From positions 48,381 to 112,380 of the forward strand of contig JANOAV010000083.1 in NCBI GenBank assembly GCA_031411295.1: a stretch of 64,000 bases of DNA, in the 5' to 3' direction. Both the position numbers and the translations under genes were made by a program. The notes under the pieces are model-generated. The model was not told where the DNA came from and ran no database searches. It saw only the letters and a program-made list of their open reading frames with translations. Position 1 is the stretch's first letter, and the number at the start of each line of letters is the position of its first letter. Below, in pieces: positions 1 through 9,598 of this stretch. This DNA is from Verrucomicrobiales bacterium (GTDB taxonomy: Bacteria; Verrucomicrobiota; Verrucomicrobiia; Verrucomicrobiales; V1-33).

Positions 1-2
1 TC

Positions 3-233
3 TGCTTGCGCTCGGCCGGTTCGCCCGAATCTTTCCCGGAGACGACTGAGGGCGGAGCCCCGCTCGGCAAGAAGCGCGAAGCCATCGCGGCGGAGCTTGC
101 GGAACTGACGCTACTGAAGCGAACGCCGACCCTTCTGGAAGTGGGGAATGTCGCAGCCTTCATGGCATCGGATTACGCCAGCCCGATGACGGCAACCGTC
201 GCCAACATCTCCTGCGGCACGATCGTGGACTGA
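3..233 (+). CDS. SDR family oxidoreductase, C-terminal part (truncated by window edge)
   Basis: LLKRTPTLLEVGNVAAFMASDYASPMTATVANISCG matches the typical SDR C-terminus. Confidence 0.75.
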   Translation, partial: CLRSAGSPESFPETTEGGAPLGKKREAIAAELAELTLLKRTPTLLEVGNVAAFMASDYASPMTATVANISCGTIVD

Positions 234-284
234 CTCCTATGCCGACACCATCCACACTGGCTTAACCAACAAATACAAACCCAC

Positions 285-632
285 ATGAAAAAGAAATCCA
301 ACACGCCAAGCAGCGCCTAGAAGACTTCGGACAAATCATCTAAACCGAGCGCGGCGGGGCAATTCATGATGCTAATGATCCCCGCCGTTTACCAAGGCGG
401 TAAAAAAGTGGACCCGGGCTTTGAACCCGATCCGAAAAAAATGGAGGAAATGGGCAATTTCAATGAGGCATTGGGCAAAGCCGTTAAAATCATTTCACTC
501 AACGGCCTGCATCCCCTGGCCACCGGCGCGCGCGTCGCTATCGGCAAAGGCAAACCGACCGTGACCGACGGCCCCGACATTGAAGCCAAGGAAGTGCTCG
601 GCGGCTATTGGACCACAACGTTCAGATCATGA
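285..632 (+). pseudogene. YciI/DGPF family, truncated
   Basis: GLHPLATGARV...VTDGPDIEAKEVLGGYW, then homology is lost at ~612; upstream in-frame ATG 285 is interrupted by TAG 318-320. Confidence 0.75.
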
Positions 633-729
633 ATATCGCATTAAAAGACACAGGCGCGGGCGATGTCTGTGACGAAAATTCGAAAATTTTCATGGCATTT
701 GCTATTGGGCAGGGGGCGTTGCAGACTTC

Positions 730-1209
730 TTATGCGCCATCGGCGGCGCGTTCTAGCTCGCTAATGTTGATTTTGATCATCTTTGTCATCGCTTCCATTG
801 CGCGCGCCCCAGCGGTCCTTGAGCCAACCACAGCCAACCTCCGAGCCGCCATTGGAGCTAGTGCCGCCCAGAGTCGGTCTATCTCGGCTTGGTCTGCGCA
901 GGCGATCATGAACGAAACCGCCTCAGTGAACGAGAATCCGGGTGTGTTTGGGTGGCCAGCGCCCCCACCGACGTCGTGCCAGCACTCACTAGGACGGCGG
1001 TCATGAGACATAGCGGGCACATGCGTTTTATGGTCGCTCCTATTTTTGGTCTCGAAATCGGCCTCGTCCCAAATCTGGCGGATTCCGATCACGTCGCCCG
1101 GGTCCGCAGGGCAGCTTTGCGCCCATTTCACGAGTTCTTCTTTCGAGTTGGCCTCGACGTGTGGCACCCAGAGCGAAGGGTGGAAAGTCGATATGTGGTG
1201 GCGCGCCAC
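730..1209 (-). pseudogene. Chimeric remnant: VOC/PhnB-like fragments plus YciI C-terminus
   Basis: ISTFHPSLW (VOC N-term); VEANSKEELVKWAQSCP..VIGIRQIW (YciI C-term); FSFTEAVSFMIACADQAEIDRLWAAL; CGWLKDRWG only in a shifted frame. Confidence 0.7.
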
Positions 1210-1246
1210 CCTTACTCAATCCCAACCCACAACAAAGAAAAATAAC

Positions 1247-1495
1247 ATGCAATTCACGATGCTGATAATCCCCGTTTATCACGGCGGAAAAAGCGTAAAC
1301 GCTGAGTTCATGCCCGATCCGAAAAAATGGAAGCGATGGGCCAGTTCAATGAGGCACTGGGCAAGGCCGTTAAAATCCTCTCGGTGGACGGCCTGCGTCA
1401 GTAGTGCGTCAGTTGTGCGTCGGCGTGCGGGTCCCCTTCGGCCAAGGCCAAGGCAAGCACAGCGCGGCCCTGGGTCGATATCGAGCACAAATTAG
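1247..1495 (+). pseudogene. Second YciI copy, frameshifted
   Basis: MQFTMLIIPVYHGGK..PDPK parallels 366-632; A-run is 6 nt here versus 7 nt in copy 1, shifting the frame at ~1325. Confidence 0.75.
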
Positions 1496-1513
1496 CCCGC
1501 GGTCCCTACCGAA

Positions 1514-1714
1514 TCATTTCGCGCGGGCTCGCAGCACCAACCAGATCCCGAGGGACACCCCCACCGCAGCCATGGCCACTAGAGCGTAGTTTTGGGTGCG
1601 CTGGGTGAAGGCTTGGACATCTACTTTTAATGCCGCCGCTTCTTGCAGTAAATGGAAACGTTGACGCTCGCACTCTGCGATGAGGGCCTCCTTCCTGGAG
1701 CTTGGTGCCATCAT
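1514..1714 (-). CDS. YqjK-like small membrane protein
   Basis: RKEALIAECERQR plus C-terminal TM; start overlaps the stop of the YqjE-like gene; elaB-yqjE-yqjK order. Confidence 0.6.
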   Translation of the reverse strand: MMAPSSRKEALIAECERQRFHLLQEAAALKVDVQAFTQRTQNYALVAMAAVGVSLGIWLVLRARAK

Positions 1715-2100
1715 GAGATGAAGGAGGTCAGGGCCGCCCGATCTTTGCCAAATTGGCTGCGGGTGGCGTTGAACGCTGGGATATTCTGCGCTGCAGCGGA
1801 CAGGCGTTTCCAGAGGAAGAATCCACTCATCAGGTAAATCACAGTTAGGGTAATCAATGCCGCAATGGGAGCCACTTCCCAGAACAGCACCACCACGAGT
1901 GCGGTTAGCGTCATGCAGGCCAGCAAACCACAGAGGATAATTCCGCAAGCCAGAAAAACTAACTGCAGGAAACACTTACGCGCTTCCTGCAGTTCCAGCA
2001 TTATCAGCTCAATCCGATTGGCTCCGATGGGCAGCAGCCTCCGGGCCAATTGCTTGGTCGTGGATACGAGCTGTTTCATGCTGACGGGGGAGGTGTCCAT
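1711..2100 (-). CDS. YqjE-like membrane protein ('phage holin family' fold name)
   Basis: NRIELIMLELQEAR, two TM helices, C-terminal F.AT..Q..KDR. Confidence 0.75.
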   Translation of the reverse strand: MDTSPVSMKQLVSTTKQLARRLLPIGANRIELIMLELQEARKCFLQLVFLACGIILCGLLACMTLTALVVVLFWEVAPIAALITLTVIYLMSGFFLWKRLSAAAQNIPAFNATRSQFGKDRAALTSFIS

Positions 2101-2110
2101 CTTTAGTCCG

Positions 2111-2455
2111 TTAGTCACGACGATAGGTGCACAGGCGGGTCGCCACGACAATCAGTGCCCCGACGCCGATGGCGATGCCGAGGACCTGGTAGGGATGGGC
2201 GCGGGCGCTGTCACAAGCGGACTTGGCACTGCGCAGGGCGCTGTCACGCGCATGGCTGGCCATGTCCTTGCCGCTTTCCAAGGCGCTGGACAGGCTTTTG
2301 CGGGCCTCGGCAACTTTGTCTCCCGCAACATCGGCGGTGGCGGAAAGGAGCTCGCGAGCATGGTCCGCGAGTGATTTGAGATCGTTACCGATGGCTTGAG
2401 TGGATAGGTTCATGGTGTTAGGTGGGGTTGGAGTTGGAGTTGGGTTTTGGTTCAT
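2111..2455 (-). CDS. ElaB/YqjD/DUF883 family ribosome-binding membrane protein
   Basis: DLKSLADHARELL...ARAHPYQVLGIAIGVGALI tail anchor; alternative start 2413. Confidence 0.8.
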   Translation of the reverse strand: MNQNPTPTPTPPNTMNLSTQAIGNDLKSLADHARELLSATADVAGDKVAEARKSLSSALESGKDMASHARDSALRSAKSACDSARAHPYQVLGIAIGVGALIVVATRLCTYRRD

Positions 2456-2483
2456 GGTGAAATTGGGTTTTGGTAAGCAGGTG

Positions 2484-2999
2484 TTAAACCGTGACATAGC
2501 CGTAAGCATCAAGCGCTGATGCAACGGGCGGACGGGTGGCGGTGTAAACATTGCGCGCCTGGGCCGCACTGATGATTTCTTCACCCCGTGCGGCCTCGTT
2601 GGCTGCGTAGGGATGAATGGCTAAGAAAATTTGCCCCGCTTTGATTTTGTGGGCAAATTCGCTGGCCTCAGGGGACGGCAAGCCCAAGGTGATCAATCCG
2701 TCGGTAATGGTGTCGGGGCCGGACGTGTGCACCGTTTTGTGCATGGCCTCCTTGATGGGGCCTCCGGCAATGAATTGACCTACTCCGGGAATCGGCAGCG
2801 CACCCACCTCAGCAATCCAGCCGAGCGGCCCCCCGAGCAAGTTGTTGGAGTTGGCAGCCTTGGCTCTGCGCCGGTTGGTTTGATCTTGAAAGAGCACCGA
2901 AATGTCGTTCTTGAAAAAATAACAGTCCCGCAGTTGCTGCACCATTTGATTCGCAGAATCATGGGAGGGAGCGATGCAAAAAACAGTATGTGGTGACAT
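2484..2999 (-). CDS. General stress protein-like membrane protein (paralogue of 45607-46206)
   Basis: VFCIA...DISVLF...LGWIAEVGALPIPGVGQFIAGGPI...LGLP. Confidence 0.65.
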   Translation of the reverse strand: MSPHTVFCIAPSHDSANQMVQQLRDCYFFKNDISVLFQDQTNRRRAKAANSNNLLGGPLGWIAEVGALPIPGVGQFIAGGPIKEAMHKTVHTSGPDTITDGLITLGLPSPEASEFAHKIKAGQIFLAIHPYAANEAARGEEIISAAQARNVYTATRPPVASALDAYGYVTV

Positions 3000-3165
3000 G
3001 GAGTGAGGATGTAAAAGGTGAATCTAATGGGCTGGGAAGCCCAGTGCCGTGGCAGGTGTGCAGGGGGGGAAATGCGCCTGCCACGGCCAAGCCTAGGTCG
3101 GACATGAGGCTTGCTTTTGGGGGAAGTTCGGGAGGGCGGATCGTTGCGGATTCACCCTTGTGAAC

Positions 3166-3684
3166 TCATTTAGGAGCCAAGGCCTCGGCCTTTTCCAAGT
3201 GGGCTTTGAGGACGGGAATCATCGTGCCGACCCATTTCTTGAGATCTGCATCCTTGGTAGATTTTTCGGTGTCTTCGAAATTGCTAATGCACTTCTTATG
3301 ACCGCTGACGATTTCGGCCAGGAAAGCCTTATCGAAGTCATCACCGCCCCGCTGTTCCAGCTTCTGGATGGTCTCCGCATGGCCTGGGTCCAGCACGGCG
3401 GATAGTTCCACTCCCTTGGTTTTCGCCAGGGCTGCGAGTTGTGCATTGGCACCAGTATGATCAGTCACCAACATTTCTGCAAAAGTTTTGATGTCGGTGT
3501 TCTTGGCTTTCTTGACGCCTAGGTCGGCAATCTTAACCACGGCCATGCCGGCGGCGGCTTCATGTTTGACGAATTTCACATCACTGGCTGGCAGGGTATC
3601 CTTGTCGGAAGCTGTAGCGGTGGAACAAAGGGCGATCATCGCACACGACAGCGTGGCCAGAAAAGTTAAACGGGATAATTTCAT
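3166..3684 (-). CDS. DUF4142 domain protein, secreted
   Basis: Signal peptide; FVKHEAAAGMAVVK..FAEMLVTDH..FDKAFL..HLEKA. Confidence 0.85.
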   Translation of the reverse strand: MKLSRLTFLATLSCAMIALCSTATASDKDTLPASDVKFVKHEAAAGMAVVKIADLGVKKAKNTDIKTFAEMLVTDHTGANAQLAALAKTKGVELSAVLDPGHAETIQKLEQRGGDDFDKAFLAEIVSGHKKCISNFEDTEKSTKDADLKKWVGTMIPVLKAHLEKAEALAPK

Positions 3685-3784
3685 GATTGTATGTTTTTTG
3701 GGTTTTTTGCTATTCAATAGGTTCACTAGCCGATGGCCATTGATCGAATAAGCCTCACGCTACAGCATCGGCGTGGGCTATTCC

Positions 3785-3798
3785 ATGGGGTGAAACCC
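3785..3798 (-). promoter_or_regulatory. Regulon box GGGTTTCACCCCAT; putative -10 TAGCGT at 3762-3757
   Basis: Upstream of and co-oriented with the DUF4142 operon; 22 nt to hexamer. Confidence 0.75.
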
Positions 3799-3824
3799 TC
3801 TCTTTACTTGGCTTTTGAAAGGTG

Positions 3825-3838
3825 GGGTTTTACCCCAT
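3825..3838 (+). promoter_or_regulatory. Regulon box GGGTTTTACCCCAT; putative -10 GATATT at 3861-3866
   Basis: Upstream of the two-component operon; 22 nt spacing. Confidence 0.75.
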
Positions 3839-3900
3839 GGCGCATTCACTTGAGGCCTCTGATATTTCTTTCCATTGAATCCCCCATTTGAAATCAGCTC

Positions 3901-4623
3901 ATGAACTCAACCAAACTTGCTACTTGGTCAGGGGACTACCGCACCGCACTGCAACAGTTCCTGCAACAGTCCCAACCTCCCGTTCCAGCCCAGGCGCTGG
4001 AGCTGGGGAGCCGTGCGGCAGCGCTGGAGCTGGACACCCTGATCATGGCGAAACTCCACGACAATGCTTTGGCCTTTCTGCTGCCATCTGGAATGACCAC
4101 AGAGCAACGGTTAAAATTGACTGAGCTTGCTGCGGTGTTTTTCCGGGAGACGCTCAGCCCTGTCGAGCAAACCCATCCGGCCGCCAAGGAAAGGCAGGCC
4201 GATTTAAACGAACTCCATGAAATTTTGGAGCAGCGCACGGCGGATCTCGCGGAAGCAAACCGTGCCTTGAAGGAGCAAACTGCCGAACGCCTCGCAGCCA
4301 CCGACACCTTGAATCAAAAAAACCGGGAATCCAGTCAGCTCTTAACTGACTCTCGACTGCTGGAGGAGCAACTCCAGACCATGGCCAGGCAAATTCTCTC
4401 GGCCAATGAGGCTGAGCGCAAAAACATGAGCTTGCGCCTCAACGATGAACTGGCCCAAACTTTACTGGGTATTAACATGCGCATGTTGGCTTTAAAGAAG
4501 ACGGTTACCCTGAACCAAGATAATCTGAACAAAGACATCGCTATTATTCAGCGCCTCGTCGAAGGTTCCGTAAAATTAATCAAGCAGCTCGCCCATGAAT
4601 TTAGCGCCCCACCAGCCCGATAA
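3901..4623 (+). CDS. RsbU_N-like + coiled coil + HisKA_3-like pseudo-kinase (His replaced by Asn, no ATPase domain)
   Basis: Parallels 4595-5797; ERKNMSLRLNDELAQTL versus ERRRISRELHDVIAQTL; ends after the dimerisation helices. Confidence 0.75.
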   Translation: MNSTKLATWSGDYRTALQQFLQQSQPPVPAQALELGSRAAALELDTLIMAKLHDNALAFLLPSGMTTEQRLKLTELAAVFFRETLSPVEQTHPAAKERQADLNELHEILEQRTADLAEANRALKEQTAERLAATDTLNQKNRESSQLLTDSRLLEEQLQTMARQILSANEAERKNMSLRLNDELAQTLLGINMRMLALKKTVTLNQDNLNKDIAIIQRLVEGSVKLIKQLAHEFSAPPAR

Positions 4624-5797
4624 ACGCTCCAAACTCTCACTGTGTTACCAGGCGGCGTTGCAGGCTTATCTTGCCAGCGATCCTCAGGGCGACTTGGAAA
4701 CTGCCAGGCATTTGGGACGGCAGGCGGTCGTGCTGGAGCTTGACACACTGGACTTGGCGAGAATTCACGAGATCGCTGTGCTAACCGTAGCCACGATCGC
4801 GGATGGAGCTCGGGGGACGGTCTTGGGCGCGGCCGCCCTGAGCAAATCGATCCTTGGACGGGCTGGGATCTTCTTCGCGGAGGCGCTGACGCCCATCGAG
4901 CAGACGCATCGAGGCGCCAGGGAAGCGAACCTCCATTTGAATCAAATCGTGAAGGCCCTGAGCCATCGGACGTTGGAACTAGCAGCTTCCAACGAGGAAC
5001 TGCGGGTTGAAAATTTGCTGCGCAAGGAGATCGAGGATTCCCTCCGCGCCAGCGAGAAGGGAGCTGCCTCCTTACTAGCGCAATCGCTCACCATGCAGGA
5101 GGAACTTCGTCTGCTTTCGCGGCAACTGCTCTGCATTCAGGAAGAGGAACGTCGCAGAATCAGTCGGGAATTGCATGATGTTATTGCCCAGACGCTCACC
5201 GGAATCACGGTGCAACTCGCCACCCTCAAGACCAACTCCAATGCGAGCACCCAGGAGCTTCAGCAAAAGATTGCCCTAACCCAGCGCACAGTGGAGCAAT
5301 CCGTCGATATCGTCCATCGCTTCGCTCGAGAATTAAGGCCCTCCGTGTTGGATGATCTGGGCCTCGTCCCCGCCTTGCAATCCTATTTGAAGACCTATTT
5401 GGAGGAAACCGGCATCCGGGTCAGCCTGGCCACGTTTGCTAAGATTGAGGAATGTGACAATGATCAGCGCACCGCGCTCTACCGCGTGGCTCAGGAGGCG
5501 CTCACGAACATTACGCGCCATGCCAAAGCGACGACCGTTGCCATCAAGATCAGCCGGGATGAAACTTGTATTACCATGACCATTACCGATGATGGCAAGG
5601 GGTTTGCCCTCCAGGACAACGGGTGCGCCAAGCCAAGCAACCGCCTCGGTTTACTTGGGATGAGGGAACGCATCGAAATGATCGGCGGCTCATTTTTCAT
5701 TCAATCCACGTTGGAGGAGGGGACTACCGTCACGGTCGCCATCCCAACGGCTCCCTGCTCACACCCGCACCAATTACCTACCCAACCTAGCCTATGA
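4595..5797 (+). CDS. Cytoplasmic HisKA_3 sensor histidine kinase with RsbU_N-like N-terminus
   Basis: RELHD H-box, QEALTNITRHA N-box, DDGKGF, LGLLGMRER; no obvious TM. Confidence 0.9.
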   Translation: MNLAPHQPDKRSKLSLCYQAALQAYLASDPQGDLETARHLGRQAVVLELDTLDLARIHEIAVLTVATIADGARGTVLGAAALSKSILGRAGIFFAEALTPIEQTHRGAREANLHLNQIVKALSHRTLELAASNEELRVENLLRKEIEDSLRASEKGAASLLAQSLTMQEELRLLSRQLLCIQEEERRRISRELHDVIAQTLTGITVQLATLKTNSNASTQELQQKIALTQRTVEQSVDIVHRFARELRPSVLDDLGLVPALQSYLKTYLEETGIRVSLATFAKIEECDNDQRTALYRVAQEALTNITRHAKATTVAIKISRDETCITMTITDDGKGFALQDNGCAKPSNRLGLLGMRERIEMIGGSFFIQSTLEEGTTVTVAIPTAPCSHPHQLPTQPSL

Positions 5798-6207
5798 ACC
5801 CCATTACGATTGTCCTAGCAGAAGACCACCCGGACATCCGCAGTGGCTTGCAGGCCTTGTTGGAGGCGGAATCAGACTTCGCGCTCGTCGGCTCGGCGGA
5901 GAATGGCCGACAAGCGGTCGCCCTCGCCAGCAAACTGTGCCCTGATGTGGTGCTGATGGACATTGCCATGCCGTTACTGAACGGACTGGAAGCCGCCCGG
6001 CTCATTTTAGAGACGACTCCTTCCACCAAGATCCTCATGCTCTCTGCGCATGATGAGGATGCCTACATCGAGCATGCGCTGGCATTAGGGGCAGCCGGTT
6101 ACGTCGTCAAAAAATCTGCGGCGGAACTCCTCCCCAACGCGATTCGCAACGTCCACCAAGGTGACGCCTTACCGAGACCCATCTCCACCACCATCAACCA
6201 TGAGTGA
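5794..6207 (+). CDS. Single-domain response regulator (NarL-type receiver, no HTH)
   Basis: LAEDH, VVLMDIAMP, GYVVK; ends after the receiver; ATGA overlap with kinase. Confidence 0.85.
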   Translation: MNPITIVLAEDHPDIRSGLQALLEAESDFALVGSAENGRQAVALASKLCPDVVLMDIAMPLLNGLEAARLILETTPSTKILMLSAHDEDAYIEHALALGAAGYVVKKSAAELLPNAIRNVHQGDALPRPISTTINHE

Positions 6208-6880
6208 TATTACAATTCTATTAGCCGAAGATCACCAAATCGTTCGGGAGGGGCTCCGGGCATTGCTCAATTTGGAATCGGATCTTCAAGTTGTGGGGGA
6301 GGCTGAGAACGGTCGGCAAGCAGTGGCGCTCGCCCGCCAACTCCGACCGGACGTCGTCGTCATGGACATTGCCATGCCACTGCTCAATGGATTGGAGGCT
6401 ACGCGCCAGATCCTGCACGCCGCCCCTGCCACGAGGATTCTCATTCTGTCAGCCCATGGCGATGATGGCTATGTAGAGAAAGTCATGGCACTAGGCGCAG
6501 CGGGATATTTGATCAAGCAGACGGCTGCCAGCGTGCTGCCTAATGCGATTCGTGAGGTGCACCGAGGGAAGCGCTTCTACAGCCCCAGCATTTCAAGTCG
6601 TCGCTTCCACCATCAACGCAAAGCCAAAGCGCAAGGGGATCTCCCCAAGGCTGGAGCAGGAGTGCTGACGGCTCGGGAAATGGAAGTGTTGCAACTAGTT
6701 GCTGAGGGCAAAGCGAATAAGGAAACGGCGGACGAACTCAAGATCAGTATTAAAACCGTTGAGAAGCACCGCCAGAAAGTAATGGAGAAACTCAATATCC
6801 ACGACACTGCCAGCCTAACGCGCTACGCCATTGCCGCCGGGGTCATTGAAAGTAGCGTCCATATCACCATTCTCGAATAA
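6200..6880 (+). CDS. NarL/FixJ (LuxR-HTH) response regulator
   Basis: Receiver + LTAREMEVLQLVAEGKANKETADELKISIKTVEKHR. Confidence 0.95.
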   Translation: MSDITILLAEDHQIVREGLRALLNLESDLQVVGEAENGRQAVALARQLRPDVVVMDIAMPLLNGLEATRQILHAAPATRILILSAHGDDGYVEKVMALGAAGYLIKQTAASVLPNAIREVHRGKRFYSPSISSRRFHHQRKAKAQGDLPKAGAGVLTAREMEVLQLVAEGKANKETADELKISIKTVEKHRQKVMEKLNIHDTASLTRYAIAAGVIESSVHITILE

Positions 6881-7038
6881 AACCCGCATTCTACGCGCTC
6901 GCACGCATTCCTCCTCGCTTAGATTCTGGTCCGGGAGCATGGGGCAAAATCAATTTCAAATCGTTACCAACCCATTACTCCCTATCCATCATCAATAATC
7001 CCACTCCCGTTAGCCCAAGAGGTGATCCCTCCAAACCG

Positions 7039-9585
7039 TTGTCCCCCGACGCGCCTCCCTTCGGCGGCATGACCGAAATGCAGCGCAACGAAAATCTCCT
7101 GATCACCGGAGCCCTGCAAAAAGCCATCCTCAACAGCGCCAATTTCTCCAGCATCGCGACGGATGAGAAGGGGGTAATTCAACTCTTCAACGTGGGGGCG
7201 GAACGGATGCTGGGCTATGCCGCCTCTGAAGTGCTCAACAAGATCACTCCGGCTGAAATTTCAGACCCACAGGAAGTGATTGCGCGGGCTGAAGCCCTGA
7301 GTCTGGAATTGGGAACTAAGATTGCGCCCGGCTTTGAAGCACTTGTATTTAAAGCTTCCCGTGGGATCGAGGACATCTATGAGCTAACCTACATTCGCAA
7401 AGATGGCAGTCGGTTCCCCGCCGTGGTTTCCGTGACCGCCTTGCGCGACTTCGCTGAGGCCATCATCGGATACCTCTTAATCGGAACCGACAACACGGCA
7501 CGGAAGCAAGTAGAAGCCGAACGGCAACATTTGCTGCACGTGCAGGCAGAGACAAATCGACAACTAACCGAAGCTAATGTGACCTTGCAGCTTAGCGAGG
7601 AAAAGCTCGCAGTCACCTTGAACTCCATTGGGGACGGAGTCATTGCCACCGATGCCGAGGCCCGCGTAACCTTACTGAATCCATTGGCCGAAGAACTCGC
7701 CGGCTGGACTCAGGCGCAGGCTAGGGGGCGTTTGGTCAGTGAAATCTTCCACGTCGTCAACAAGGAGACCCGTGAGTCCGCACTGATACCGGTGCTGGAA
7801 ACCTTGGCTAAAGGCGTCATTCAAGGCATGGCAAATCATACGGTGCTCATTTCCCGGCAGGGCAGTGAATGTGACATTGCCGACAGTTGTGCGCCCATTC
7901 GTGACCGTGATGGATTAGTCATCGGAGCGGTGCTGGTCTTCCGGGATGTCACCGGAGATTATGCCGCCCAACAAGCCCTGCGGGACCAGCAGTTCTACAC
8001 CCGCTCATTAATCGAATCCAATATCGATGCCCTCATGACCACCGATCCCGAGGGGATCATCACGGATGTCAATAATCAAATGGAGACCCTGACTGGTTGT
8101 TCCCGCGAGGAATTGATTGGTGCCGCCTTTAAAAATTACTTCACAGATTCCGTCCGTGCAGAAGCCGGGATCAAGCTGGTTCTCAGTGAAGGCAAAGTGA
8201 CGGATTACGAACTGACCGCTCGGGCCAAGGATGGTCAGGAAACGATTGTTTCCTACAATGCGACCAATTTCCATGATCGGGATGGGGTGCTCAAAGGCGT
8301 CTTTGCGGCGGCGCGAGACGTTACCGAGCGCAAGCGCTGGGATCGTGTGTTGCACGAGAACACCCTGGAACTTGAAGCCGCCAAAGCGGTCGCGGAGAAA
8401 GCAAATTTGGCGAAGTCAGATTTCTTGTCCAGTATGAGTCATGAGTTACGCTCCCCGCTCAATGCCATTTTGGGCTTTGCTCAATTGATGGATTCCGACG
8501 AGCCGCCGCCCAGTGTCGCCCAGAAAAGCAGCATCGACCAGATTCTCCATGCGGGCTGGTATTTGCTGGAGTTGATCAATGAAATCCTGGATTTGGCAGT
8601 GGTGGAATCCGGCCGCCTGGCGCTTTCCTTGGAACCGGTTTCCCTGCCGGAGGTCATCCTCGAATGCCAAGCCATGATCGAACCGCAAGCGCGCAAGCGA
8701 GGCATCACCATGACCTTTCCCAAGTTTGCCAAGCCTTGTTACATCAAGGCCGATCACACGCGGGTGAAGCAAGTAATAATCAACCTCCTGTCGAATGCCA
8801 TTAAGTATAATAACGCGGGCGGCTCCGTCACGCTAAGCTGCACGCCAAGCGACGAGAGCTTTATTCGTATCTGCGTCAAAGATACGGGAGTAGGGCTGTC
8901 CGCGCAGAATCTGGCGCAGTTATTTCAGCCCTTCAATCGATTAGGCCAGGAAGCTGGGGGCGAGGAAGGCACCGGCATCGGGCTAGTGGTGAGCAAGCGA
9001 CTGGTGGAACTCATGCAGGGCCGCATTGGCGTGGAAAGCACCGTGAATGCCGGCAGCAACTTCTGGATTGACCTCGTGGCGGACAATGATCCTCACGCCG
9101 CCTACATCAAGGCCGCGCTGGCGCAACCCGTGGGGGCTCCGCCAACCACCGCCGTCCGCTCGCGACTCCTGCTCTACGTGGAAGATAATCCAGCCAATTT
9201 AAAGCTGATTGAACAACTCATTGCGCGTCGCCCGGACATGCGTTTGCTCACCGCCCAGAACGGGCAGGATGGCATCAGCTTGGCCCGCGTCCATCTGCCG
9301 GAGGTAATCCTCATGGACATTAATTTACCTGGTATCAATGGCATCGAAGCCATGAAGATCCTCCGGGCGGATCCGACCACCCAGCATATCCCCATTGTGG
9401 CTCTGAGCGCCAATGCCATGCCACAGGACATTGAGAAGGGGATTGCGGCGGGCTTCTTCCGTTATCTTACGAAGCCCATCAAAGTTCCGGAGTTCTTGGA
9501 AACACTCAGCATCGCGCTAGAAAACGCAGAACAGACGGCCCATGCGAAACAAGCGATCAACACCGACCGCGGCGTCAGCCAATAG
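7039..9585 (+). CDS. Multi-PAS hybrid histidine kinase (PAS x3-HisKA-HATPase-REC)
   Basis: MSHELRSPL, NLLSNAIKYN, GTGIGL, ILMDINLP; start uncertain (7039/7069/7078). Confidence 0.9.
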   Translation: MSPDAPPFGGMTEMQRNENLLITGALQKAILNSANFSSIATDEKGVIQLFNVGAERMLGYAASEVLNKITPAEISDPQEVIARAEALSLELGTKIAPGFEALVFKASRGIEDIYELTYIRKDGSRFPAVVSVTALRDFAEAIIGYLLIGTDNTARKQVEAERQHLLHVQAETNRQLTEANVTLQLSEEKLAVTLNSIGDGVIATDAEARVTLLNPLAEELAGWTQAQARGRLVSEIFHVVNKETRESALIPVLETLAKGVIQGMANHTVLISRQGSECDIADSCAPIRDRDGLVIGAVLVFRDVTGDYAAQQALRDQQFYTRSLIESNIDALMTTDPEGIITDVNNQMETLTGCSREELIGAAFKNYFTDSVRAEAGIKLVLSEGKVTDYELTARAKDGQETIVSYNATNFHDRDGVLKGVFAAARDVTERKRWDRVLHENTLELEAAKAVAEKANLAKSDFLSSMSHELRSPLNAILGFAQLMDSDEPPPSVAQKSSIDQILHAGWYLLELINEILDLAVVESGRLALSLEPVSLPEVILECQAMIEPQARKRGITMTFPKFAKPCYIKADHTRVKQVIINLLSNAIKYNNAGGSVTLSCTPSDESFIRICVKDTGVGLSAQNLAQLFQPFNRLGQEAGGEEGTGIGLVVSKRLVELMQGRIGVESTVNAGSNFWIDLVADNDPHAAYIKAALAQPVGAPPTTAVRSRLLLYVEDNPANLKLIEQLIARRPDMRLLTAQNGQDGISLARVHLPEVILMDINLPGINGIEAMKILRADPTTQHIPIVALSANAMPQDIEKGIAAGFFRYLTKPIKVPEFLETLSIALENAEQTAHAKQAINTDRGVSQ

Positions 9586-9598
9586 CAAGCCAAGACTT

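Noticed and set aside
1711..2100. Prophage suggested by a 'holin'
   Set aside because: elaB-yqjE-yqjK context and no phage genes
3046..3087. GC-rich 11-bp hairpin between DUF4142 and the next gene
   Set aside because: No U-tract or second copy seen; probably an ordinary mRNA stem
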